From the human T2T-CHM13v2.0 reference genome, Homo sapiens: DNA of 64,000 nt. Positions 13,087 to 25,369 of this stretch are shown in pieces. Each line of letters starts with the position of its first letter. Positions within the stretch are counted from its first letter, which is position 1. Where the stretch lies: assembly GCF_009914755.1 (NCBI RefSeq), contig NC_060926.1; one strand, 5' to 3'. The notes below the pieces were generated by a model. That model was not told the DNA's origin and made no database searches. It was given only the letters and a program-made list of their open reading frames with translations. Position numbers and translations under genes: made by a program.

Positions 13087-13451
13087 TGTCTTAGTCTTTT
13101 CAATTGCTAAAACAAAATACCACAATATTGTGGCTCATAAACAATAGAAATGTATTTCTCGCAGTTTTGGAGGCTGTGAAGTCCAAGATCAAGGTGCCAG
13201 CAGATCCAGTGTCTGCGGAGGGCCTATTTTCTGGTTCATAGATGGTGCCTTCTCACTGTATCCTCAAGTGGTAGAAAGGACAAGGCAGCTTTCTGAGGAC
13301 TCTTTTATAAGGGCACTGTCCCATTCATAAGAGCTCTCATGCTCGTGATCTAATCACTTCCCAACGTTCCTGCCTTCTAATGCCATCACCTTGGGGGTTA
13401 AGACTTCAACATATGAATTTGGGGGAAGAGACAAACATTCAGGCCAAAGCA
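13087..13451 (-). mobile_element. MLT1A0-like MaLR solo LTR
   Basis: TG..CA ends, aagtccaagatcaaggtgccagcagat, ttataagggcact, ttcaacatatgaatttggggg; flanks ggggc / ggggt (4/5 target-site duplication). Confidence 0.88.
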
Positions 13452-15262
13452 GGGGTCAAAAAAGAAAGAAAGGTCTTTCTGAGAAGAGCATATGAAAATG
13501 TCCAGAGACGAGAGAGAATGTGCCATTTTCTGCAAAAAGTTCAGCAAGACCACAGAGGCAAGTTCAAGAGGGGAATGGTGAGAGAGATGTGTCAGCAATC
13601 AGGAACTTGGGTCAAGTCACACAGTGAGCAAGTAAGTAGCTGAGTTAGGATCTCATTCCATCACTTTCTGCAAAATACATGCTTTCCTCTACTCCTTTGT
13701 CTACCTTATTCTTTTCCCAGTGCTGGACTTGGCTGTGGGCCTCCATTACTCTTACCTATGCACAGAAAGGAAAGGTCTAGAGGAAGGGACTGCAGATGGG
13801 TCTCTGGGAAGAAATGTAGACACAGTGGACATTCACACAGCTTTTATGCCTTCTCAGTATGCTTCTTCCTAAAAGGGGTGGCTGGGGAAGTAGGGGGTCA
13901 GTCTAGGGCCCTCAATTATGCTGCATGCTAGAAAAGAGCCACCAGCACTCCAGTGATCCGTAATTGCTAATCCTGAAGACATGCAGTGACTCCTCCTGTG
14001 ACACCAAAGGGTTCCATATGTTATCCAGATGGTCAGCAAGAAACCATACGTGGGCCCTGCTCTTGCAACTACAATGAGGAGACATTAAAATCAAACTATT
14101 ATCACTTAACTTTGGAAGATAACCTCCAAAGAAGGGAAAATGCAATGTCAGTGTTTTGGAGAACCAAAAAAAATTATGTAGAATTATTTATAAGATGGGT
14201 GCTTCCTTACATTATTAAAGGAAAGATTAGAACAAATGAAATTCAGAGTTTGAGAGATTACATAACCACTGGGACCTTCACAGCCTGCAATATTGACTCT
14301 CACAGTATTCCACTGCATGGGGGCTGGGATAAGAAAGAGATCAGAGTGTTGATGAAAATGACTTTCGTGATGTGCACTCATCTGCATTTTACAGCTCAAT
14401 GTCCTGGTTTTACTAGGACAAGTTGCTGGAGTCCCATTCATTTTACAACATTTGTGAAGATGTATTACATAAATGCAATCTCTGGCTGAATGTTCAATGA
14501 AAGCCCACTGTCTCACTTCCCTTGATAGTTAATACTAAGTTGTGCATTATCAGGGTTTCAGACTTATTACTTCAGTTTGCCTTATGGGCTTTGTTGCTAC
14601 AGATCTGCATCACGGTTTCCCTGTAGCTTTATCCCCAAAGCAGTTTTTTAAATCCACTGTTACTTTACCCCATGGTAAGAAATGCCTCATGGTATTATAA
14701 ACAAGCAGTTGAAAATTGTTATTTATGTGGCTTCCTAATAGCAATTTGAAATATAGGGCATAAAATTACTAGCTTACAACATTGTTCAATATTAACAGTG
14801 GGAAGGGTAATATGTAAAACAGACATTAAAGGATTAGCTGCAAAATACATTTCACTAAGCTAAATCATTTCTTGGCAAATGGCAGTTTCCAGCTAATACA
14901 CAGGATTCATCAAGTCAAGTGGATTTATTTTTATTTTTCTATTAGTTTGTTAAATATATTCTATATTTAAACTTCAATTTTGCAGGTTTCTGTTTCAGGC
15001 ATATTAGAGGAAGCTTCTGGAAACACAATCCGAGATAGAAGTGATCTCAAGACTTTCAACTCAAAGCTGCTCGTCGATTTCCCCAGCAAATCTTCTGAGT
15101 TGACTAAAGATGAGACTGTAACATCTCAGAGAAAAGTGCATGGCTATGACATTGCAAACATTTGTATGACAGATTAGGAAGTTACAAGTGCATCAGAAAT
15201 TTCACTAAAAAGGCATATCTTCCCCAAGACATAAAACAATGTTTCCATTGTTTTTGCTTCAG

Positions 15263-15353
15263 ACTCTACAGACACACAACACTCTGTTCTAATCAAGCAT
15301 GTCTGGAGTTCCGTAAACAATGTGAATCTGTGAAGCAGGCACCCAGAAGGAAG
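15263..15353 (+). other. Candidate exon (alternative upstream acceptor at 14985/14986)
   Basis: Acceptor gtttccattgtttttgcttcag| and donor AAG|gtaaag; splice signals only. Confidence 0.25.
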
Positions 15354-16078
15354 GTAAAGAGAAATTCCTAATCTCCTAGGGTGGAAATTGTGAAGTATTA
15401 AGCAGATATTCAATGCATAAATATAAATACCATAATCTCTCTGAGACAGTCTGTAGTTACCATAATCCTAAAATTATTCCGTCTTCTCAAATCCCTAAAG
15501 ATTTATCAATTTTCATAAAGTACTTTGATGGAAACTTTTTTCAAGATGCAAAGTTATCTTTCTCTGAGCTTTCCTTTCATATTATACCATGTGCAGTATT
15601 TGCAACCTCGGAGAATACCAAAAATGAGTTCTTATTTTTCAGAGAAATTGGTTATGGATCTATAAATAACTATTACAAAGAAATGAGCATTATAGAGAGA
15701 AGAAGCTGCTCTTAGACTCATTTGAGAAACTATGGGGAAGTTCAGATTCCCAAGACTAATTATTATTGTAAAATTAAGGGTTTGCTTTGAACACTTGTTA
15801 GTATTCAGCCGATTTTAAAGACAACAATTTTTTTCTTAGACTGTGGGTTGGAGACTACAAATATTGCTCCTCAAATACCCCATGTTAATAATTCCAGGGG
15901 TTTAAAAACATTTATTACATATAAATCTATAGTGTTTTATTTAGCTATTTGGTGTGGGATGGTAAATTTATTTCATAAACCCTTTCCTAATGGTAGAAAA
16001 CTAAGGAAATAAGATGCCCTTTAACTTGAACGTACAAAAATTTAGTCATTGTGTAACATGTGAATTACTTATTCAAAA

Positions 16079-16216
16079 AGCCAATGGTTGAGTCACAGAA
16101 GACGTCACCAAGCCCAGTGCGTCATCAAGCTCTACATTGGAGCAAAGCCCAGGTCCACACGCTGTGGTTAATGTTAACTGCCTTATCAAAATAGCTCAAT
16201 TGATTGGAATCCAATA
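16079..16216. promoter_or_regulatory. Candidate enhancer/promoter motif cluster
   Basis: CCAAT 16081, AP-1 TGAGTCA 16089, CRE-like AGACGTCA 16100, TGCGTCA 16118, ATTGG 16136, RUNX TGTGGTT 16163, GATA CTTATC 16182, ATTGG/CCAAT 16203/16211 in non-repeat DNA. Confidence 0.5.
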
Positions 16217-16772
16217 GACCAAAATTCTCCATTACAGCCAACATATTTGAAACAAAGAGGATAATAACTATACAACTAGCTTTTCAACATGCAGGAGAAA
16301 TCCTGGGCTCAGCCTCACCAATGAGCTTCCCTCTCCATGGCTACATCCATAACCAGGGAGGCAGGAAAGCAGGTGGCCAAAGGTGTCATCATAATCTTGG
16401 GTTTAAATCCTGGCTTTGTGTGACTAGGGCAAGCCACTTCATCTTTTGAGTCTTCATTTCCTTTAGGGATAATAATACCAATACTAGCTCACAGGGGCTT
16501 ACCGGAAATTTCAAATTCAAGAGATGGAGCTCTTGGATTCGTAAGGTTGTGGTGAGGATTTAATTAAATGCTTGAAGACTGCTAGCTGTTTTTAGGATCT
16601 GGGGCACAATTTGTGGGGCCCAGAGAATCACCTCCACTGAAGAATCACCCTTTCGGCAGCAAGCTAAAAAAAGTGCAAAGTCAATAGCAGAGTGTTCAGC
16701 TGAGGTAGAACAAACACAAGTAGCAAGCGGAAGAGGGGATAGGTAAATGCTTCAGTAGGTTCGTTTTGCCAA

Positions 16773-16783
16773 TGCTGAGTCAC
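16773..16783. promoter_or_regulatory. NF-E2/NRF2/BACH-MAF (MARE/ARE) consensus site
   Basis: Exact TGCTGAGTCAC. Confidence 0.45.
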
Positions 16784-16866
16784 AGTTGCTTTACAGTCAG
16801 AATGTCGGGAGCGGCTTGCTGGAAGCCCCTGCTTGTTTCAATGGATTTCCTTTCCTTTCTCCACAG

Positions 16867-16974
16867 GAGGGCTGTCCATGCCCTGAAAGGCACTCCTCCC
16901 TTGACAGGAAGTACGGGAGGACTTCCCTGCTGAGGCGGAACACTGGCTCCCTCACAAGATGGCCTCCTGTGATG
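16867..16974 (+). other. Candidate 108-nt exon
   Basis: Strong acceptor tttcctttcctttctccacag|G and donor ATG|gtgagc; higher GC than flanks; one open frame. Confidence 0.4.
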
Positions 16975-18310
16975 GTGAGCAGAGCTAGTGTCTTCATATT
17001 CTTCCCTCTCTGCTCACCCACCTGACATTTCTGCCTTGTCTCACTTGCCTGAACACTCCTCAGTTTTCCTGATCTGGAAGCTAACTGGATGACACTTGTC
17101 CTGTTACTACCCATGGTCCCTAATATGACACGGAGCTATGGACCAGCTCTTAGCAAAACCCCTGAGCAGACAATCAATGAAGGTATATAAAATGGCAAAT
17201 GAAGACTTGAGAATTCTACTCCATATAATCCTTCCTGACGAATCTCCAGGAACTGACAGTTTCCTTTGCCATAGCACTATCTAGACATGACCTCTCAAAG
17301 ATACAAATAAATAAGAGCATTCCATTTCTCCTATTCCCTTCCTTGAACTGCAAATGTCTATCTATAATTACTAAGTATAATTACAACTGTTATTATACTG
17401 TCACCACGTGGTACTGGTAACACATATCTTACAATATGAAAATCCTTAAACAACTTCTTTCTTACTGATTTTACCGAGGACCAAGATAGACTATGCCACA
17501 TGGCACCAAAGTACCATGTAGCCTGCTGCTGGTCCACTGAGTGACTGTGAGAGTTTTAAATTCCTTTTCACATTTACTTCTTGAATCTGTCACTAGACTC
17601 CAGAATCATCTGAAGGAATCAGGCAGTTCTCAATACCATCTCATTATTGACATTTATGTTGATCGATGTTGGCTCTTACAGAATTGGAATCTACAGATGA
17701 ATTTCCTTATTAGATTCTTTCTCACGGCTGCCATAATCATTTTATCACACAGGCTGATGCTATCAAATGCTGGTTTATCACTACGTAATGGGACAAGCTA
17801 AATTAGTTCCTCTAATATGTTACAAGAAATAAAAAAAAAATTCCTGGTTTTAAATCTCATTTTTCTCAAATCTTAAGAAATTCCCTGATGTTTTTGTGTA
17901 TAAAGAGGTTAATTTGAACTTATTCTCCCTTAAAACTGTGCTCCATGGGAGACCAATGGTGAATTCTAAGAGCAACTCACAATTCTCCTGGAAACCATTT
18001 TTCCTTTCCTTTCAGAGAGCTTCAGATGTCAGATTAACCTTGGCCAACTGGATAAGCAGGGGTTCATGTCAGTGCCTCTGGTAGGGTTCCCAGCGCCTGG
18101 CCAGGTAGCTCTACATAAAGGAGGAGTAACAAAGCCTCCAACACTGCTTCACCCACAACTGACCATACAATGGCCAAGAAAATACCAGTGTGGTTTGTGT
18201 CCACAGAACCCAGCCCTACTCTTAGGAAGACAACTCAGAGTGTATGCTTCACTAAGAAATGGTCGGGAATCACATCAAATATAAATCAAATTTATCCAAA
18301 TATTTTCTAA

Positions 18311-18646
<336 letters not shown>

Positions 18647-18698
18647 TAATGCTAAATTCTGTATAGGAAGAATAATCTAAGCAATTGTCCTGTCTCTA

Positions 18699-19522
<824 letters not shown>

Positions 19523-20579
19523 GCTCCCCAACCCTCTGTCTTATGTTGCATATGGCATGGAGCCCTTCTGTTGTGGCTCTGACTTCCCACATGTGTGAAC
19601 AGGAATGGGTGAATTTCAGGGATTCTGAGTCCTGCCATTTACCTCTAGAACCTGGAGTCACTGGTCCTGGTTGGGGGAGGAACTTACGTTAATTCAAATC
19701 TCCACTAAAATAAATTAGCTTTCTTCTCATTGCCAAGCAGAGCGCTACAGCTATGACTGTTATGTATTGTTGCAATCTAGACCTTAATGGCATTTTAGCC
19801 CTGTGGTGAGCTCAAGAGAAACTATTTTCAAACTTCAAAAGGCCATTAAAACATGTGCAGATGTCTGGAAAATTAATACTATTATCTAACTCTCACCCTT
19901 TGCCTGTAGGAGGCAAAGAAGAAACAAGGCTCAAGAAAGATACTAGAGATCAATACACGGTCATAAAGCAAAGAGCTGTCCTTCTAGGGAGCACGGATGA
20001 GGATGAGTGAGAAATCCCACAGTGCTTCTGAAGAGGCTTTTTCATTAGATTTTTTTTTTTTTGGTTGAAGTCATTCACTTAATCTGTTAAAAATTTAAAG
20101 AGGGAATGAGGATGGGATGGAAAGTGGAAGGAGAGAGAAAAAGATAAAGATAATTTTCTGCCACCCTACTTCAATTTGGATGTTCAAGGTCCAGAATTCT
20201 CAAGAGTGGAAGTATTCATTCATTCACACGACAAAACCTGAATTTGTCAAGGTTAATGTTGAACAAGCTCCAGTCTGTTTTAAAGCAAAAGCGTTTTGCA
20301 TCTTGAAAGATTTGAGCTGCATTCTGTAAAATTCTCAGTGTAGGGAGGTATTCTCATAGGTAGTTTCAAGGCTTTTATAAAGTTTTCAGAACCACAGGAT
20401 ATTCTCTTCCCTTCCTTCATTTTATTCCCAACAAATGTTATGCTATAGGTGTCCTAGGTATTCCCAAAAACCTAGAAAACCAGACTTAATTTTTTAAAAT
20501 CAGAGGATGAAAGCTTTATATTTTATTAAAACATGGAGAAAGTTTTTCAATTTTGAAAGAGGACAGAGAAATGGGATAG

Positions 20580-20912
<333 letters not shown>

Positions 20913-21399
20913 AGTGTTTTTTTTGTTTTTTGTTTTTTGTTTTTTTTAAATATAGGTAAAGCTGAACATTGGAAATACATTGAGAATCCTTTACAGAATA
21001 TTACATGGATTTTCCTCTCTGCATAGCCCTTTGTAAGAAAACCTGAAAACATTCACAGACTGTGGGTAACACATCCTTTTAAATGGGAAGTTTTCCTTTT
21101 AAATTCAAGAATAAGCAAGATGGGCTGTGTTAATCAGGATTACACCTAGCTTTCAGGGACAGAAGAAAAGATTTTGGTGGCATAAACATACAAGGGTTTA
21201 TTTTCCTTAAGCTAGAAATCCAGAGATAGGTTGTCATAAAGATTTTGGAGGTTGTTACTGCATAATTATTTGGGCTTATCCTGCGTGATAAGTGAGGCAA
21301 CATAAAATGTGCCAGCAGGACCAAGTGGCAAATATAGTCTGAAACAGGGTCATCTATCAGAAATCTCTGGACCACATTTTAATTTTATTGAGGTGAGTG

Positions 21400-24300
21400 A
21401 GATGGTGGAGAGGAGACAGGGTGAATGTGGAGCTTCAAAATGGATGGATATAACAGTGTGTGGACTCACACCATGATCTTTTGCTCCAAGAACCACCATG
21501 AAACATACCGGAAAAACCAAAAGAATTCACAGATCCTTTGAAAGGAGTACTCCACTGCAAATTCCATGAAACAGGTGAAAAACTGTGAGTTCCCAAAGCG
21601 TGAGGGGGAGAAACTACCTCTGAACACACATCCCCACTGGGGAATCTGAAAACTCCAGATCACCCACGGGAGAAGGATTTAACCTTACCTAGGGATGAAA
21701 CAGGTTTAGGGAGTTGTGAGAAATATAGAAGTACAAGTAGCAGTGAGAAGTGCCTTGAACGCACTCCCAGCTTCTAGCTTAAGCCCCAGGAAGCCATCCC
21801 TGATTATACCTCATGGGGGCCCTCTGGGAAGACAGCCAGAGGAATTGTGGAGGGGTTGCTGGGTAAAGGAAACTCTCAACTGAAATTGGTAGTGGTTTCA
21901 ACTGGGCACAAATTCTCTTGAGTGGAGTCCAGGGGACCAGCAGGAGCTGTTGTGGATAGGAGTGAGCTAGCGAAGGAGCTACTGCGGACAGAGTGGACAG
22001 ACAGGAAGGGGAGAGGTCTGAAAGCCATGCTTGCTTTCTCAGCTGGGTAGCTCACAGTCTGGGGCAAAGTGTGAGTGGGGAACTGCAGGAGTGAGACCCA
22101 CCTCACCAACTGCCTGGGAGCTGGGTGAGGCTATCCCCCACTTCCCTGGTGAACTATATAACACAGCAGAGACAGCCAACATCCCCTCTGGAACATAACC
22201 CCATTGGCCTGAGAATCACTCCCCCATGCCCCACAGTGGCCGTGGCAAGCTCCACCCAAGGAGAGTCTGAGCCCACACCTGCCTAACCCTGCCCTGACTG
22301 GGTAGTACTTCCTTACCTGCCCTGGTAGCTGAACACAAAACATAGAAACTCTTGGGAGCTTTATGGCCCCACCCATTACCTGAAAAACCAAAATACTCTG
22401 GCCATCTTAGGGCAAGCTTAGAGTCCCCTACTAGCATCTTGGCTGCTGCTCTCTTGAAAGTGCCACCTCCTGGCTGGAGGCCAACAAACTCAGGCCATTA
22501 CAGCAACTCAGGACAGAATCACCTTGATCCCAGGAAGAAGACAAAACTTGATTCCACTGCCTGCAACACCTTGGCTAACCAGAGGTCCTGAGGGTGTCCA
22601 TGTGACAACTTCACTGCTAGCATAACCAGTATTCAAGAAAGCCAGCACATTGAACATACGTATAACCATGGACACTTACAGAGTCCACTTCACTCCCCTG
22701 CCACCTCTACCAGGGCAGGTACTGGTTTCCATGGCTGAGAGACCTGAAGATGGACCGCATCACAGGACTTTTTGGAGACATTCCACAGCACCAGCCTGGA
22801 GCCTGATAGCCCTGCTGCATGGATAGACCCAGAAGAGCAACAACAGTCACTGCAGTCCAGCTCTCAGGAAGCCCCATTCCCAGGGGTAAGGGGAGAGCAC
22901 ATCAAGGGAGCACCCCGTGGGACAAGAGAATCTGAACAGCAGGCTTGGCCAGTAGGTCTGGCCTCTCCATTGAATTAGTCTACCCAAATGAGAAAGAACC
23001 AGAAAAGTAATTCTGGTAATATGACAAAACAGGGTTCTATAACAAGCCCAAAAGATCACACCAGCTCCCCAGCAATGGATCCAAACTAAGAAGAAATCTC
23101 TGAATTGCCAGATAAAGAATTCAGAAGGTTGATTATTAAGCTACTCAAGGAGATACAAGAGAAAGGTGAAAATCAACTTCAAGAAATAAAAAAAATGGGA
23201 AATGGATACAAAATTATCCAGAGAAATAGATATCATAAAGAAAAACAATCACAACTTCTGGAAATGAAAGACATGCTTAGAGAAATGCAACATGCAGGGA
23301 GAGTTTCAACAATAGACTAGGATAAGTAGAAGAAAGAGCTTCAGAACTTGAAGTCAAGGCTTTTGAATTAACCCAATCAGACAAAGACAATGAAAAAATA
23401 ATTTAAAAAAATGAACAAAACCTCTAAGAAATTTGTGATTTTGTTAAATGGCCAAACCTAAGAATAATTGATGTCCCTGAGGAAGAGAAATCTAAAAGTT
23501 TGGAAAACTTATTTGTGGGAATAATTGAGGAAGACTTGGCCTTGCTATAGAGATCTAGACATTCAAATAGAAGAAGCTCAAATAACACCTAGGGAATTCA
23601 TTGCAAAAAGATCATCACCTAGGCACATAGTCATCAGATTATCTAAAGTCAAAACAAGGGAAAGTATCTTAAGAGCTGTGAGACAAAACCATAAGATAAT
23701 CTATACATGAAAACCTATCAGATTAACAGCAGACTTCTCAGCAGAAATCTTATAAGCCAGAAGGGATTGGGGTCCAATCTTCAGCCTCCTGAAACAAAAT
23801 AATTGTCAGCCAAGGAATGTGTATTCAGTGAAACTAAGCTTCATAAATGAAGGAGAGATAAAGTCTTTTTCAGATAAATAAATACCGAGAGAATTCATCA
23901 CAACTCAGTCAGCACTATATAAAATGCTAAAAGGAGTTTAAAATCTTCAAAAAAAACCTCAGAATACACCACAATAGAACTCCCTTAAAGCATAAATCTC
24001 ACAGGGCCTATAAAACAATAACACAATGGAAAAAAAACCCAAGGTATTAAGGCGACAACTAACATGATGAATAGAACAATACCTCACATCTCAATACTAA
24101 TGTTGAATGTAAATAGCCTAAATGCTCTACTTAAAAGATACAGAATGGCAGAATGGATAAAAATCCATCAACCATGTATCTGCTGTCTTTAAGAGACTCA
24201 CCTAACACATAAGGACTCACATAAACCTAAGGGATGGGGTGGAAAAATATACTCCATGCAGATGGAAACCAAAAGCAAGCTGACAAAACATACTTTAAAG

Positions 24301-24415
24301 CAACAACAGTAAAAAAGACAAAAGAGGGACATTATATAATGATAAAAGGAATAATCCAACAGGAAAATATCAGAATCCTAAATATATATGCACCTAACAC
24401 TGGAGCTCCCAAATG
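21400..24415 (+). mobile_element. L1PB-type LINE-1, 5' end present, 3'-truncated in the endonuclease domain
   Basis: 5' UTR; ORF1 from ATG 22988 (PDKEFRRLIIKLLKE, DLDIQIEEAQ..RHIVIRLSKVK); ORF2 from ~24067 ending at ILNIYAPNTGAPK; no RT, 3' UTR or tail. Confidence 0.88.
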
Positions 24416-24489
24416 TATTGGGGTGACTGTGGGTAATACATCTTTTTGGATGTGAATGTTTTCCTCTTGAAGTTCAGAATAAATAAGGA

Positions 24490-24997
24490 ATATCTCAGGA
24501 TTTCATTCAGCTGCAAAAACAAACAAACAAACAAAAAACAGAAAGCCTCACTTAACAGTTACTTCAGCTTATAGGGATTTATATTTCTTACATAGCCAAA
24601 TGTCCAGAGGTAGGCAGTCCAGGGCTTGTGTAACAGTTCATTGATCTTGTCAAGGAACTAAACTCTTCCCATCTTTCTGCTCTGCTCTGCCCTCTTTTAC
24701 TAGGGGCTCATGCCAAGATGACTGCTGCACATCCTGGCATTGCTTCCACCTTCCAGATAGAGAGAAGGGTTAAGAGGGGATGAAGAACATCTAGAGCCAT
24801 ATCTGTCCCTCCTTTATCAGGTAACATAAGTTTTGTCATAAATCTCTATGGCAGATTTCCTTTTAGGTCTCATAGGCCAGAACTAGGAGAAAAGGAGGCT
24901 GAGAAATAGCATATTTGGCTTTCTAATCTCTGAAGTAGAAGAAAGAAGGGAGAAGAATATTGATTGTGTATGGTGGTCACAAGTGCTGCCTATCACA
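24490..24997 (-). mobile_element. MLT1K/L-like MaLR LTR
   Basis: tccagaggtaggcagtccagggct, ccaagatgactgctgca, ggtctcataggccagaact. Confidence 0.7.
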
Positions 24998-24999
24998 TA

Positions 25000-25369
25000 A
25001 ATCTAGCTCTCTTTCCTTTTGGGAGTATGTTCATCAGTTGTGCTTCCTGACCCCTCTGTGGTTGGGTGGGGCCCTGTGACTAGTTCTGGCTAATGAATTG
25101 TGGATGGAATGCTTCAAGCAAGAGCATTTTAAATACAGATGTGAAACCCCCTCAGAGCTTTCATCTTGCTGGCCTAGTGACTGGCAATGTTTGAGATGGT
25201 GGCTGGTCCATCAGCAAGGTCTCCTGAGTGTTTAACATGTGCACAGCAAGACTGATGACTCATAAAAGACATGTGGCATGAGAAAGAAATAGACTTTTGT
25301 ATTTGAAGCCATGGAGATTTTATGGTTGTTTGTTACCACAGCATGACCTATCCTATTCTAACTGATTCA
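25000..25369 (+). mobile_element. MLT1I-like MaLR LTR
   Basis: gtgactagttctggctaatga, tgagaaagaaatagacttt, ttgtttgttaccacagcatgaccta..ctaactgattca. Confidence 0.72.

Noticed and set aside
13986-14489. 167-aa ORF
   Set aside because: GTG start, no recognisable domain, no supporting splice or promoter context; most likely chance
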